A stretch of 64,000 nt of DNA from Candidatus Sericytochromatia bacterium. Lineage in GTDB: Bacteria > Cyanobacteriota > Sericytochromatia > S15B-MN24 > UBA4093. Position numbers and translations under genes: made by a program. The stretch is taken from the NCBI GenBank assembly GCA_036676985.1, contig JAKFBU010000007.1, positions 1 to 64,000 on the forward strand, in the 5' to 3' direction. The notes under the pieces were generated by a model. That model did no database searches and had not been told where the DNA came from. It saw only the letters and a list, made by a program, of their open reading frames with translations. Below, in pieces: positions 10,442 through 19,552 of this stretch; position 1 is the stretch's first letter; each line of letters opens with the position of its first letter.

Positions 10442-12625
10442 ATGCAACTCGTCCGCTTCCCAGGCGCCACCTATCTCGCAGCGGGAAATCGCCGGATCTT
10501 GTTCGGCACCTTCCCGGAGATCCACCAGCACCTGATGAAGCGGGGGCTCGCATGGCCTGACACGGTCGTTTTCACCGAGGCCGTGGTGCGCGATCGCCTT
10601 CCCCAGATGGTCCCCGAGTTCCTGTTCTTCGGGCACGTCTTCTTCAACCAGAACTTCGATTTCGCGACGCTCTCGATCAAGAAGCCCCTGACCTTCCTGG
10701 GCACCGAGAGCCAGGTCGATCGCGCCTACCGGATCATGGACGTCTCCTACCTGGGGACGGTCCCCGAGCTCCTGGCGCGGGACCTGGATCCCGCGCGTGC
10801 GGCCATGCTCGATCGCGAGTGCCGCTTCTACGCCCTCAAGGACAAGGCGGGCGAGATCATCCCGACCCGCGAGTACCTGGATCTCCGGACCTGGGACGAC
10901 GCGGACACGGCCTGGCTCGACGACGTGAAGGTCATGCGCACGGGCATGCTGCGCTACCGCGTCGAGCATGCGGGCGAGGTCGCCGAGATCGATCTGACGG
11001 ACAACGGCCTGCAGGGGCCGGCATGGACGATCCCCGAGGTGACCGAGCTTGGCTCGGCGCCCCAGTACGCCCTGCGCATCCTGGGGGCGGCGGGTGCGTT
11101 CCAGCATGTCTCGCCGAGCACGAGCTACCTCTTGACCCTCAACGGCGAGCACTACCTCATCGACTGCTCGCCCTACGTCCACCGGACGCTCGAGTACTTC
11201 GGCGTCGCCCCGGACCAGATCAAGGGCATCTTGATCTCGCACATCCACGACGACCACACGGGCGACCTGGTGGCCTTCGCCATGAGCAACACCCGTCCCG
11301 AGCTCCTGACCACCCGCGAGGTGTGGGAGTGCCTCAAGATCAAGCTCTCCTGCATCCTGGACTGCGACGAGGCCACCGTCGAGGGCTACTTCCGCTTCCG
11401 CGAGGTGCTGCCCGACCAGCCCGTCTACATCGGCGGCGGCCGGCTCGACTTCCATGACGCCTGCCACTCGGTGCCCTGCGTGGGCGTGACGGTGACGGTG
11501 GGCGACCAGGAGGTGGTCATCACCTCGGACACCTCGGGCCACCGGCAGCTCGTGGACATGCTCGCCAAGGGCATCATCAGCGAGGAGCGTTACGCCAAGC
11601 TCGAGCGCCTCCTCGAGGGCCAGAAGGTCATCGTGGACTGTGGCGAGTCCATCATCCACGGCTACATCCAGGACTTCCTGCATCTCGAGGACCACAGCAA
11701 CCTGGTGCTCGCCCACCGGCACACCCTGCCGGAGGAGTACCGCGAGGCCTTCGAGCTCGCGCATCCCCTGCAGGCCTTCGAGTTCCAGACGCCCAACGAG
11801 GCCGTGCTCGACATGGCCCAGATCGGCCGCTCGGTCGAGGGGTGGCACCTCTCGGATCTCTGGGGGTGGACCAGCCTGTTCGCCATGCACCGCGGGGTAC
11901 GCGAGCCCAAGGTCGGCGAGGTGATCATCCGCCAGGGCTCCAAGGCCGAGGACGACTACTTCTACGTGGTCTCGCACGGGTTCTTCGACGTGCTCGTCGA
12001 CAACGTCAAGGTGGCCCAGCTCAAGACCGGCGACTACTTCGGTGAGCAGGCCTTCGTGCAGCCCAACGGCACGCGGGTCGCCTCGGTGGTCGCGACCTCG
12101 CCGGCAAGGCTCATCGCCATCCCCGGCACCGAGTTCAAGGCCATGCTCGCCGAGGAGGATCGCCGCGCCAAGGCGGAGGGCCGCGAGACCGTGACGGCCC
12201 GGCTGCTGCGCCTGTGGGAGAATCGCGACGTCGTCTCGCGCGCCAAGGTCTTCGCGGGCCTGGACGTGCAGGCCCTCAACGCCTTCTCCTTGCGCCTCGA
12301 GCGGGTCCAGGTGGGTCCGAGCCAGGTGGTCATCGAGCAGGGCGCCCAGGACGACTCGGCCTGCTACCTGGTCATGCAGGGCAGCCTGAGGGTCGAGAAT
12401 CCGGACAAGCCCGAGGCCCATATCCTCCGGGAGACGGATCTCTTCGGCGAGGGCGTGGCGGCCGGCTTCACGGGCACGCGCTCGGCGACGGTCCGGGCCA
12501 TCGAGGAGTGCACCCTCCTTAAGCTCTCGCACCGCGACCTGCAGGTCATCGGCAACGAGCACCCGCACGTGCTCTTCGCCCTGAGGGACCTGGTGGCCGA
12601 AAGGCAGTACCTGCCCGCCGTCTAG
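10442..12625 (+). CDS. MBL-fold metallohydrolase fused to two cyclic-nucleotide-binding domains (putative cNMP-regulated phosphodiesterase)
   Basis: SHIHDDH, HSVPC, TSDT; two cNMP cassettes (GDYFGE..RVASV and DLFGE..RSATV). Confidence 0.85.
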   Translation: MQLVRFPGATYLAAGNRRILFGTFPEIHQHLMKRGLAWPDTVVFTEAVVRDRLPQMVPEFLFFGHVFFNQNFDFATLSIKKPLTFLGTESQVDRAYRIMDVSYLGTVPELLARDLDPARAAMLDRECRFYALKDKAGEIIPTREYLDLRTWDDADTAWLDDVKVMRTGMLRYRVEHAGEVAEIDLTDNGLQGPAWTIPEVTELGSAPQYALRILGAAGAFQHVSPSTSYLLTLNGEHYLIDCSPYVHRTLEYFGVAPDQIKGILISHIHDDHTGDLVAFAMSNTRPELLTTREVWECLKIKLSCILDCDEATVEGYFRFREVLPDQPVYIGGGRLDFHDACHSVPCVGVTVTVGDQEVVITSDTSGHRQLVDMLAKGIISEERYAKLERLLEGQKVIVDCGESIIHGYIQDFLHLEDHSNLVLAHRHTLPEEYREAFELAHPLQAFEFQTPNEAVLDMAQIGRSVEGWHLSDLWGWTSLFAMHRGVREPKVGEVIIRQGSKAEDDYFYVVSHGFFDVLVDNVKVAQLKTGDYFGEQAFVQPNGTRVASVVATSPARLIAIPGTEFKAMLAEEDRRAKAEGRETVTARLLRLWENRDVVSRAKVFAGLDVQALNAFSLRLERVQVGPSQVVIEQGAQDDSACYLVMQGSLRVENPDKPEAHILRETDLFGEGVAAGFTGTRSATVRAIEECTLLKLSHRDLQVIGNEHPHVLFALRDLVAERQYLPAV

Positions 12626-12670
12626 CGGGAATGCCCTGGCGGTGGCAGTTATCCCTTGAGACCCGCAACA

Positions 12671-12716
12671 AACCGTTCGTGTTGAGCCCGGTCGAAACAC
12701 GAACGGTTCCTTTTTC
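12671..12716 (+). terminator. Intrinsic terminator
   Basis: 13-bp stem AACCGTTCGTGTT/AACACGAACGGTT followed by CCTTTTT. Confidence 0.7.
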
Positions 12717-12901
12717 TAGGCGTAGGCATCGAATCGGAGGCCCTTGTCCGGTTCCGGCACCGGCTGGGCCTCTTCCGCAATCTCCTTATTGACCGGATTC
12801 GGCCGCCAGTAGGCCCACTCGGGAGGCAGCACGGCTCCGCCCGCGACCCTGCCGCAACGCTCATTGACCCAATCCACGAACGATACCGGAGTAATGCGCA
12901 T
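12716..12901 (-). CDS. Small hypothetical protein (61 aa) ending in GLRFDAYA
   Basis: AAAGGGGG RBS before MRITPV; C-terminal G-x-x-(hydrophobic)-D-x-x-A tail. Confidence 0.5.
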   Translation of the reverse strand: MRITPVSFVDWVNERCGRVAGGAVLPPEWAYWRPNPVNKEIAEEAQPVPEPDKGLRFDAYA

Positions 12902-13069
12902 GGAGGCCCCCTTTCGGAACCTCCTCATCCTGCCGCACGCCAAGCAGGCAAGCGTATGGCACCACGCCGGTTTCCCTTGTGCATCCTGCATAAGAGTGCC
13001 GAACAGTCGTTGGGACGCCCCCATCCCGTATGGTGGGCCGATTCCCTGGTTGATTCGCGGCTGCCAATC

Positions 13070-13214
13070 TTGGGAAACGCTCGCCCATGGCCAACCTGCG
13101 CCTGACGTAGTTCGTCCACCTGGCGGACATGGCCATGACCACGGGCGGCCATAGCATCTGGCCGAGCAAGCGATGAAGTGCTACGAGAAGGTTCAGGAGC
13201 GGCGATCGCCCCAG
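13070..13214. ncRNA. Candidate rod-like structured RNA (weakly 6S-like)
   Basis: Nested helices TGGG/CCCA, TCGCC/GGCGA, AACCT/AGGTT, CGTAG/CTACG, TTCGTC/GATGAA, ATGGCC/GGCCAT in an apparently non-coding gap; folded by eye only. Confidence 0.25.
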
Positions 13215-13219
13215 TTCGC

Positions 13220-14635
13220 TCAGTAGCGCACGCCCACCCCGAGCAGGATGCCCGTGAGGGCCTGGGTGTAGTTGATGGCCCGGTTGCGGCTCGTCTCGTC
13301 GGAGTAGCCGAGCGTGACGAAGGCCGGGGCCAGGTCGTACGTCAGGGCGATCGCATACCGCTGCTGGAAGAGCGGGAAGATGCTGCCGTAGTCCACGCTG
13401 CCGAAGTTCCGGAACAGGCTGCCACCGACCAGGGGCAGGGCCTGATACTGCACCGAGATCGAGAGCGCCGGCAGCAGGCGGTAGCGCACGGCCGCTCCAA
13501 GGGTGGGGCCGTGGTAGAACTGGGTCGGCGAGAAGGGCAGCGTGCTGCCCGGCTTGGTCGAGACCACCGTCACATGGCGCCCCATGTACCCGAGATGCAC
13601 CTCGGGCTCGAGCGCCCCTCCGAGGAACGGGTAGCGGAACACCATCTCCGGCAGGACCATGAGGTCTGTGCGGTGCTGGTGAACGCCTTCGGCCGCGATG
13701 TCGAAGGTCATGGCCCGGGAGTCGAGGCCGAAGCCCACCCACGGCTGCATCCAGTGCCGGACTTCGACGCCGTTGAGGCCCGCCGGATACGCGAACACGG
13801 GTCCGGCCGACGAGCCGTAGTCCTCCAGGGTCTCCACCTGCTGCCAGCGGACCATCACGGTCGATCCGAAGCCCGGATCACGCCGCCGGACGACCTCTCC
13901 GGGGCCGGGGTTGGTGAACTCGGGCGGCGGAGTGACCGCTGGCTCGGGAGATGGCCAGGCCGGCCGGGGCGTCGGGCGCGCGGGCGGCGGGGTAGGAGTC
14001 GGCTCGGGCGAGGGGGCGACGACCACCACCGGCGCCGGGCTCGGCGCGAGGACCAGGGGCGACGCGGTGGCCGCCACTGGCACGACGGTCGGCGTCGGAG
14101 TGGGGACGGGCGCGGACACGAGCAGGTCCGACGGCGGCAGGGTCTCGAGGTCCTTCTCGCCCTTGGGCGGCGGGGAGTCGGCGAGGGTCACGGTGACGCG
14201 GCCTGCGACCTGGCGAACGGCCACGAGCGGCTCGACGCCGGGCTTGAGCTCGACGACGAGGCGGACGACGCCCGGGTTGAGGCTGTACTGGATGGCGCGG
14301 AAGCCCTGGATCTTGCGACTGGTGATGGTCGCCTGGCGATTGGCGAGGCCGCTCAGCTCGGAGTCGAGGACGTCGATGACCAGACGGTCGGGGTTCAGCA
14401 GACGCTTGGTCTTGACCGTGGGCGAGCCCGTGGTGTCGATGGTCAGGGCATGGCGGGTGTCGTCGTAGCGAACGTTGCCGACGAGCGACGGGGCCGCCAG
14501 GACGGGGTGCGTGAGGGCGAGGATCAGGGCGCTCGCGAGCAGGAGACTCGTTCTCCCCCCCCTTCCCCCCCTGCTAGGGGGGGCGTTGAAGCGGTTGGCC
14601 CCTGTTCGGGGTGCTTCAAAGGGGGGGTGGTCCAT
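13220..14635 (-). CDS. AMIN-domain protein with Pro-rich linker and C-terminal outer-membrane beta-barrel
   Basis: LLNPDRLVIDV...VVRLVVEL (AMIN); P/T-rich linker; amphipathic strands ending GVGVRY. Confidence 0.8.
   Translation of the reverse strand: MDHPPFEAPRTGANRFNAPPSRGGRGGRTSLLLASALILALTHPVLAAPSLVGNVRYDDTRHALTIDTTGSPTVKTKRLLNPDRLVIDVLDSELSGLANRQATITSRKIQGFRAIQYSLNPGVVRLVVELKPGVEPLVAVRQVAGRVTVTLADSPPPKGEKDLETLPPSDLLVSAPVPTPTPTVVPVAATASPLVLAPSPAPVVVVAPSPEPTPTPPPARPTPRPAWPSPEPAVTPPPEFTNPGPGEVVRRRDPGFGSTVMVRWQQVETLEDYGSSAGPVFAYPAGLNGVEVRHWMQPWVGFGLDSRAMTFDIAAEGVHQHRTDLMVLPEMVFRYPFLGGALEPEVHLGYMGRHVTVVSTKPGSTLPFSPTQFYHGPTLGAAVRYRLLPALSISVQYQALPLVGGSLFRNFGSVDYGSIFPLFQQRYAIALTYDLAPAFVTLGYSDETSRNRAINYTQALTGILLGVGVRY
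14547..14587. repeat. Palindromic C/G-tract repeat, subfamily B, inside the 5' end of the AMIN gene
   Basis: CTCGTTCT-C8-TT-C7-TGCTA-G7-CGTT, near-identical to the copy at 36177-36218. Confidence 0.75.
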
Positions 14636-14638
14636 CGG

Positions 14639-15598
14639 TTAGACGCGCTGGAGGGCGCCGAAGCGCGCGAAGGCCTGGCCGGCAGCGCCGATCATGCCGG
14701 CGCCTTCGCCGAGCTCGGCAAGGACCAGGTTGCGGACGTCCCAGCCGCGCGCGCCGTACAGCTCCGCCACGTACTCGCGCACCATGGGCATGAACAGGTC
14801 GCCCTGGCTGCTGACGCCGCCGCCCACGATGATCCGCTCGGGGTCCACGAAGTTGATGATCGTCACGATGCCCACCGCCAGGTGGCGCGCCATGTCGCGC
14901 ACCAGGCCGAGCGCCCGCTCGTCGCCCGCCCGCGCCCACTCGAAGATCATGTGGCTCGAGGGCGAGGGATCCCAGTGGCCCGCGCGCTCGGCCGCCTTGG
15001 CGAGTGCGGTGCCCGAGACGTAGGACTCGATGCAGCCGAGCTGGCCACAGTTGCATGCGTAACCCGAAGGAACGAGGATCGTGTGGCCGATCTCGGCCCC
15101 GCCGCTGCGGGCCCCGCGCACCAGCTTGCCGTCGACGAGGATGCCGCCGCCGAGGCCCGTGCCGATGGTGAGGGCCACCAGGTTCTCGACGCCGCGGCCG
15201 GCGCCCACCCAGTACTCGCCGTAGGCCGCGCAGTTGCCGTCGTTGTCGGCCATCACGGGCAGACGATGCACCTGGGTGAGGGCCTCCGTCACGTGCGTGC
15301 CCGTCCAGCCCGGCAGGTTGGGCGTGCAGTACTCGACCACCCCCGTCGCCTGGTTGATGTGGCCTGCGGAGCTCACGCCCACGCCGACCAGGCGATCGCG
15401 CTCCTCCTGGGACAAGTTGCCCAGGATGGTGCCGACGGCCTCGACCAGGGCCTTGAGGATGGCAGGACCGCCGCCGCCCGTGGGAGTGGAGATGCGCCAC
15501 TGCTGCCGCACCTTGCCCGTCCCGTCGACGAGCCCCGCGAAGATCTTGGTCCCTCCGAGGTCGAGCCCGAGGGCGTAGGTGTCAACGGGGTACTGCAT
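14639..15598 (-). CDS. ROK-family sugar kinase (probable ManNAc/GlcNAc kinase)
   Basis: GLDLGGTK, NDGNCAAYGE, GTGLGGG, EIGH, CNCGQLGCIE; adjacent to nanE. Confidence 0.9.
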   Translation of the reverse strand: MQYPVDTYALGLDLGGTKIFAGLVDGTGKVRQQWRISTPTGGGGPAILKALVEAVGTILGNLSQEERDRLVGVGVSSAGHINQATGVVEYCTPNLPGWTGTHVTEALTQVHRLPVMADNDGNCAAYGEYWVGAGRGVENLVALTIGTGLGGGILVDGKLVRGARSGGAEIGHTILVPSGYACNCGQLGCIESYVSGTALAKAAERAGHWDPSPSSHMIFEWARAGDERALGLVRDMARHLAVGIVTIINFVDPERIIVGGGVSSQGDLFMPMVREYVAELYGARGWDVRNLVLAELGEGAGMIGAAGQAFARFGALQRV

Positions 15599-15615
15599 GC
15601 GGCATCTCCTCTGGT

Positions 15616-16308
15616 TCAAGGTTGGGCGACGTCGGCGACGGCCTGGGCGAAACGGGCGGCGATGAGTTGCGGGCGCGTGATGGCCGAGCCCACGACGACC
15701 GCCCAGGCGCCCATTTCGAGCGCCCGGCGAGCCTGCGCGGGCTCCCAGATCCGGCCCTCCATGATCACGGGGATCCGGGCCTGGGCCAGAAGGTCCTGCA
15801 AGAGGCGCCAGTCCGGCTCCTCCTGCTTCGGGCTCTGGGGGGTGTAGCCGGAGAGCGTCGTTCCCACCACGTCCGCGCCCAGACGCTCGGCTCTCAGGCC
15901 CTCCTCGAGGGTCGAGACGTCCGCCATGACGGGCAGCTTCAGCTCGTCGTGGATGCGTCGGATGGTCTCCTCCAGCGTGAGGCCGTCCGGACGCAGCTCG
16001 GTGGTGGCGTCGAGGGCGATCGCGTCCGCTCCCGCCTCCGCGATGGCCTGGGCCGCCTCGAAGGTGGGCGTGATGTAGACGGGGTGGTCCGGCACCTTGA
16101 TCTTGTAGAGGCCGAGGATGGGCAGATCGACCGCCTGACGGATGGCCCGCACGTCGCTCGGACCCTCGGCGCGGATGCCGGCGGCTCCCGCCTGGGCCGA
16201 CGCCCGCGCCATGGCCGCCATGATGGGCGAGCCGTGCAGGGGCTCGTCCGGCTGTGCCTGGCACGAGACGATCAGTCCACCCTTCAGTCGATCGAAGATG
16301 CCCATCAT
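15616..16308 (-). CDS. nanE: N-acetylmannosamine-6-phosphate 2-epimerase
   Basis: GLIVSCQA, YITPT, GTTLSGYT, EGRI, VVGSAITRP. Confidence 0.95.
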   Translation of the reverse strand: MMGIFDRLKGGLIVSCQAQPDEPLHGSPIMAAMARASAQAGAAGIRAEGPSDVRAIRQAVDLPILGLYKIKVPDHPVYITPTFEAAQAIAEAGADAIALDATTELRPDGLTLEETIRRIHDELKLPVMADVSTLEEGLRAERLGADVVGTTLSGYTPQSPKQEEPDWRLLQDLLAQARIPVIMEGRIWEPAQARRALEMGAWAVVVGSAITRPQLIAARFAQAVADVAQP

Positions 16309-16311
16309 GTC

Positions 16312-17862
16312 CTATTCGAGGGGGCCGCAGGCCGTCTCGACGGCCGCGAGCAAGGAACCATCCCGGATGATCGCCATCATGGCCTCGATGTCCTTGGCCA
16401 CGACGCGGTCCGCCCCGAGATAGGGAACCGCACGGCGAATGGCCTGGTAGGCGGCGTTGCTGCCGGTGCCCGGCCGGAGGCCTTCGCGGAAGTCGATGGC
16501 CTGGGCCCCGCACAACAGCTCGATGGCGAGGACCCGCTCGGCGTTGTCACAGATGTTGACGGCCTTGCGGGCGGCGGTGGTGCCCATGCTGACGTGGTCC
16601 TCCTGCCCCGCCGAGGTGGGGATGGAGTCGACCGACGCCGGGTGCGCGAGCACCTTGTTCTCGGAGACGAGCGACGCGGCCGTGTACTGGGCAACCATGT
16701 AGCCCGAGTTGAGGCCGCCCTCCTCGGAGAGGAACATGGGCAGGCCGTTCGAGTAGGTGGCGTTGACCAGGCGCTCGATGCGGCGCTCGGAGATGTTGGC
16801 GAGCTCCGAGAGGGCGATGCCCAGGAAGTCCATGGCGAGCGCCACCGGCTGGCCGTGGAAGTGGCCGCCCGTGAGCACCTCGTCCTGGTCCGGGAAGATG
16901 AGCGGGTTGTCGGTCGCCGAGTTGAGCTCGATGGCGACCACGCCCTCGCCGTAGCCAATGGCGTCCCGGCTCGCGCCGTGCACCTGGGGCGCGCAGCGCA
17001 GCGAGTAGGCGTCCTGGACGCGATCGCAGCCCGCGTGCGAGGCGATGAGGACGCTGTCCTCGGTCAGGCGGATCAGGTTGCGCGCGCTCGCGGCCTGGCC
17101 CGGGTGCGGACGCTGGGCGTGGAAGTGCGGCAGGTAGGCGTTGCGGCTGCCGAGGGTCGCCTCGACGGTCATGGCGCAGGCCACGTCCGCGAGCTTGGCG
17201 AGCCGACGGGCGCGCGCCAGGGTGAGCGTCCCGATCGCCGTCATGGCCTGGGTGCCGTTGATGAGGGCGAGACCCTCCTTGGCACCGAGGCGGATGGGAC
17301 TGAGGCCCACGGCCTGGAGGGCGGCGGAACCGGGCATGACCTGGCCGTCCACCTCGGCCTCGCCCTCGCCGATCATGACGAGCGCGAGGTGGCTCAGGGG
17401 CGAGAGGTCACCGCTCGCGCCCACCGAGCCCTGCGAGGGGATGCGGGGGTGCACGCCGCGGTTGAGCATCTCGATGAGCAGCTGCAGCGTCTCGGGACGG
17501 ATGCCCGAGTAGCCCTTGGCGAGCGCGTTGGCCCGCAAGAGGAGCATGGCACGCACGACCTCGCGGGGCAAAGGCTCACCCACGCCCGCCGAGTGGCTGA
17601 CGATGAGGTTGTGCTGGAGCTGCTCGACGGCGTCCTGACCGATCCGGCGCTCCTTGAAGTAGCCGAACCCGGTGGTGATGCCGTAGACGACCTGCTCCTC
17701 GCGGATGAGCTTGTCCACGTAGGCGCGGGACTTCTCGACGGCCGCGAGGCTCAGGGCGCTGAGGGCGACCTTGGCGCCGGCCGTGCAGACCTGCAGGACG
17801 TCTCCGATCGACAGGGCGTTGCCGTCGAGGCTGATGGGAGCTTGTTCGGTCAGGGTGGGCAT
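16312..17862 (-). CDS. hutH: Histidine ammonia-lyase
   Basis: YGITTGFG, GSVGASGDL (MIO-forming ASG), QDAYSLRC, QEDHVSMG. Confidence 0.97.
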   Translation of the reverse strand: MPTLTEQAPISLDGNALSIGDVLQVCTAGAKVALSALSLAAVEKSRAYVDKLIREEQVVYGITTGFGYFKERRIGQDAVEQLQHNLIVSHSAGVGEPLPREVVRAMLLLRANALAKGYSGIRPETLQLLIEMLNRGVHPRIPSQGSVGASGDLSPLSHLALVMIGEGEAEVDGQVMPGSAALQAVGLSPIRLGAKEGLALINGTQAMTAIGTLTLARARRLAKLADVACAMTVEATLGSRNAYLPHFHAQRPHPGQAASARNLIRLTEDSVLIASHAGCDRVQDAYSLRCAPQVHGASRDAIGYGEGVVAIELNSATDNPLIFPDQDEVLTGGHFHGQPVALAMDFLGIALSELANISERRIERLVNATYSNGLPMFLSEEGGLNSGYMVAQYTAASLVSENKVLAHPASVDSIPTSAGQEDHVSMGTTAARKAVNICDNAERVLAIELLCGAQAIDFREGLRPGTGSNAAYQAIRRAVPYLGADRVVAKDIEAMMAIIRDGSLLAAVETACGPLE

Positions 17863-17866
17863 GGTC

Positions 17867-18535
17867 CTATCCTTGGGGCAGGGAGTGGATGCGTCCGCGC
17901 ACCGTCTCCCACATGGAGGCGCGCAGCTCACCGCCCCGCGCGAAGAGGCGCACCAGCTCCTCCTTCTTGGCGGCGACGTAGTCCGCGTCCTTGATGGCGT
18001 CCAGGTTGGTCGCGACGTTGAGCGCCGCCCCCTCCAGGCCCGTGAGGGCGAGGAGCATGGCGACAGCCGCGTCCGAGCTCGCGTTGGGGTTGCCCTTCTC
18101 CATGGCGATCGCCGCCAACTCGGCGGCGGCGAGGCACTCCTCGGCCACCTCGTAGGGCACCTCGGCGGCGAGCTTCATGGCGGCCTGGATGGCCTGGCTG
18201 CGCGCGGCCTTCTCCTCGTCGGTAGCCTTGGGCAGGCCGAAGGCCGCCATGACCTCGTTGTAGGCCGCAGCGTCGCGATCGACGGCCTCGGCGAGCTTTT
18301 CGGAGATCTCGTGGCCCTGCTCGCAGAGCATCTCGAGCATCTCCGAGACCTCCTCGAAGCCCTTGCGGCCGACGGTCAGGCCGCCGACCATCTTCACGAG
18401 GGCCGCGCTCAGGGAGCCCGCGAGGGCCGCGGCGCTGCCGCCGCCCGGCGTGGCGTCCGAGCCCGCGAGCTTGCGGATGAAGGCGTTGACCTCCAGCTCG
18501 ACGAGGGGCTTCACGCTAGTGAACGAGTTCGACAT
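17867..18535 (-). CDS. Formiminotetrahydrofolate cyclodeaminase / methenyl-THF cyclohydrolase
   Basis: PGGGSAAA, GNPNASSD, LNVATNL; lies next to the formiminotransferase. Confidence 0.9.
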   Translation of the reverse strand: MSNSFTSVKPLVELEVNAFIRKLAGSDATPGGGSAAALAGSLSAALVKMVGGLTVGRKGFEEVSEMLEMLCEQGHEISEKLAEAVDRDAAAYNEVMAAFGLPKATDEEKAARSQAIQAAMKLAAEVPYEVAEECLAAAELAAIAMEKGNPNASSDAAVAMLLALTGLEGAALNVATNLDAIKDADYVAAKKEELVRLFARGGELRASMWETVRGRIHSLPQG

Positions 18536-19442
18536 TGGCCTGTTCCTTTTCTAGCATCGCGTTCTCCAGCACCAGGCTGGGCGACCAGTTCTCGACCTGC
18601 AGGTAGTAGGCGGCGGCCTCCAGGAGGGCCTGCTGGGGCAGGAGGCCGACGATCTCGGCGCCCACCACCCGGGCGCCGTAGCGCGCGGCCTCGATCTTCA
18701 CGAGCTCCTGCACCCGGTGGATGGGCGTCTTCTCGTAGTTGAGGAGGTTCATGGAGACCTGGGCCTGGTTGCGGTCCGCGAGGAAGACGCCCATGGCCTG
18801 CACGTTCTGCAGACCGCCGGAGCTCGCGCGGACGGCCTTGGCGATCGCCTGGGCCACCTTGAGGTCGGGCGTGTCCAGCTGCAAGTTGTAGGCGACGAGG
18901 AAGAAGCGCGCGCCGATGGCCGACACGCCCGCCGAGGGGTGCGGGGCCGCGGGACCGAAGTCGGCCTTCCAGGCCGGGTCCTGCATCTTCGCGGCCATGC
19001 CCTCGAACTCGCCCTTGCGGATGTTGGCGAGCACCTTGCGGCCGGGATCGCTCGCGGCCTCGGCGTAGAGGAACATGGGCACGCCGAACTTCTCGGCGAC
19101 GAGCTCGCCGACTTCCTTGGCCAGCGCCACGCAGTCCTCCATGGTCGCGTTGCGGACCGGGATGAAGGGCACGACGTCGACGGCTCCCATGCGCGGGTGC
19201 TCGCCCTTGTGCTCGCGGAGGTCGATGTGCTTGAGGGCCGCCTCGTAGAGCTTGAGGACGGCCTCCTTGAGGCCCTCGGGGCTACCGGCCAGCGTCAGGA
19301 CCGTCCGGTTGTGGTCGTGGTCGCTGCTCTGGTCGAGCACGACCACGCCGGGCACGCGCGAGACCGACGAGACGATCGCCTCGATGACCTCGGGGCGACG
19401 GCCTTCGCTGAAGTTGGGCACGCATTCGATCAGCTTCGACAT
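18516..19442 (-). CDS. ftcd: Glutamate formimidoyltransferase
   Basis: ECVPNFSEGR, DHDHNRTV, HKGEHPRMGAVDVVPF, QVSMNL. Confidence 0.96.
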   Translation of the reverse strand: MSKLIECVPNFSEGRRPEVIEAIVSSVSRVPGVVVLDQSSDHDHNRTVLTLAGSPEGLKEAVLKLYEAALKHIDLREHKGEHPRMGAVDVVPFIPVRNATMEDCVALAKEVGELVAEKFGVPMFLYAEAASDPGRKVLANIRKGEFEGMAAKMQDPAWKADFGPAAPHPSAGVSAIGARFFLVAYNLQLDTPDLKVAQAIAKAVRASSGGLQNVQAMGVFLADRNQAQVSMNLLNYEKTPIHRVQELVKIEAARYGARVVGAEIVGLLPQQALLEAAAYYLQVENWSPSLVLENAMLEKEQANVELVH

Positions 19443-19471
19443 TGAAACTGCTTTTATCCTTTCTCTAAAAA

Positions 19472-19539
19472 ATCCGCAGATTGCGCAGATTTCACAGATT
19501 TTGGGTCAAGCGGCGGGTCAATCTGCGTCATCTGCGGAT
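19472..19539. repeat. 9-bp periodic palindromic REP-like element within the hut operon
   Basis: CCGCAGATT GCGCAGATT TCACAGATT ... AATCTGCGT CATCTGCGG. Confidence 0.7.
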
Positions 19540-19552
19540 CGCCCCACCTCGC

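Noticed and set aside
12940-13005. Possible sigma54 promoter upstream of the 61-aa ORF
   Set aside because: GG-to-GC spacing does not fit the -24/-12 consensus in either candidate.
13095-13135. glmS ribozyme or SRP RNA-like words
   Set aside because: The conserved core motifs of both families are absent.
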